From Eledone cirrhosa (Eukaryota), in contig OZ024763.1 in the NCBI GenBank assembly GCA_964016885.1, positions 21,080,001-21,144,000 on the forward strand: a DNA stretch of 64,000 bases. Direction: 5' to 3'. The notes beneath the pieces are model-generated. The model was not told the origin of the DNA and made no database searches. It saw only the letters and a list, made by a program, of their open reading frames with translations. Made by a program: the position numbers and the translations under genes. Below are positions 63,633-64,000 of the stretch, one piece after another; positions within the stretch are counted from its first letter, which is position 1, and each line of letters starts with the position of its first letter.

Positions 63633-64000
63633 GCGCACATGTGGGTTTAAATATATCTTTTCTCATTCTGCACACATGTGGGTGTATATACCTCTTTACC
63701 CGTTCAGCACACATGTGGGTTTAAATATCCCTTTTCCCATTCTGCACACATGTGGGTTTATATATTTCTTTTCCCGTTCAGCACACATGTAGGTTTATAT
63801 ACCTCTTTTCCCATTCTGCACACATGTGGGTTTATATACCTCTTTTCCCATTCTGCACACATGTGGGTTTATATACCTCTTTTCCCATTCAGCACACATG
63901 TGGGTTTATATATCTCTTTTCCCATTCAGCACACATGTGGGTTTATATACCTCTTTTCCCATTCAGCACACATGTGGGTTTATATATCTCTTTTCCTGTT
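63633..64000. repeat. 37-bp minisatellite, ~10 copies, cut by the window end
   Basis: gcacacatgt anchors at 63670, 63707, 63744, 63781 and onward. Confidence 0.93.

Overview
AT-rich animal genomic DNA saturated with repeats. The mix of (TA)n/(GT)n/(CAT)n microsatellites, tRNA-derived SINEs and RTE LINEs resembles octopus/coleoid cephalopod intronic or intergenic sequence (inference). No host protein-coding gene can be called with confidence. Main elements: (1) an apparently intact RTE-clade LINE (49592-52711, 1039 aa, APE endonuclease + RT) with a C4HC3 PHD-type finger inserted inside the RT region, plus an inverted 5'-truncated sister copy; (2) a full-length but frameshifted Tx1/L1-like LINE (54816-60500, minus) between two (AAT)10 tracts; (3) fragments of a second RTE family, RTEX-like, R4/Dong-like and possibly Penelope-like elements; (4) many SINEs of two families; (5) piggyBac- and mariner-type MITEs; (6) several tandem arrays. 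The most notable signal is a ~46-48 nt double-hairpin module from the RTE 3' UTR that shows compensatory base changes. It recurs in a chimeric SINE and has seeded three tandem arrays (19x112 bp, ~10x115 bp and 6x48 bp); the 48-bp array is indel-free and open as a 16-aa repeat. All identities and counts were made by eye; no database searches were run.
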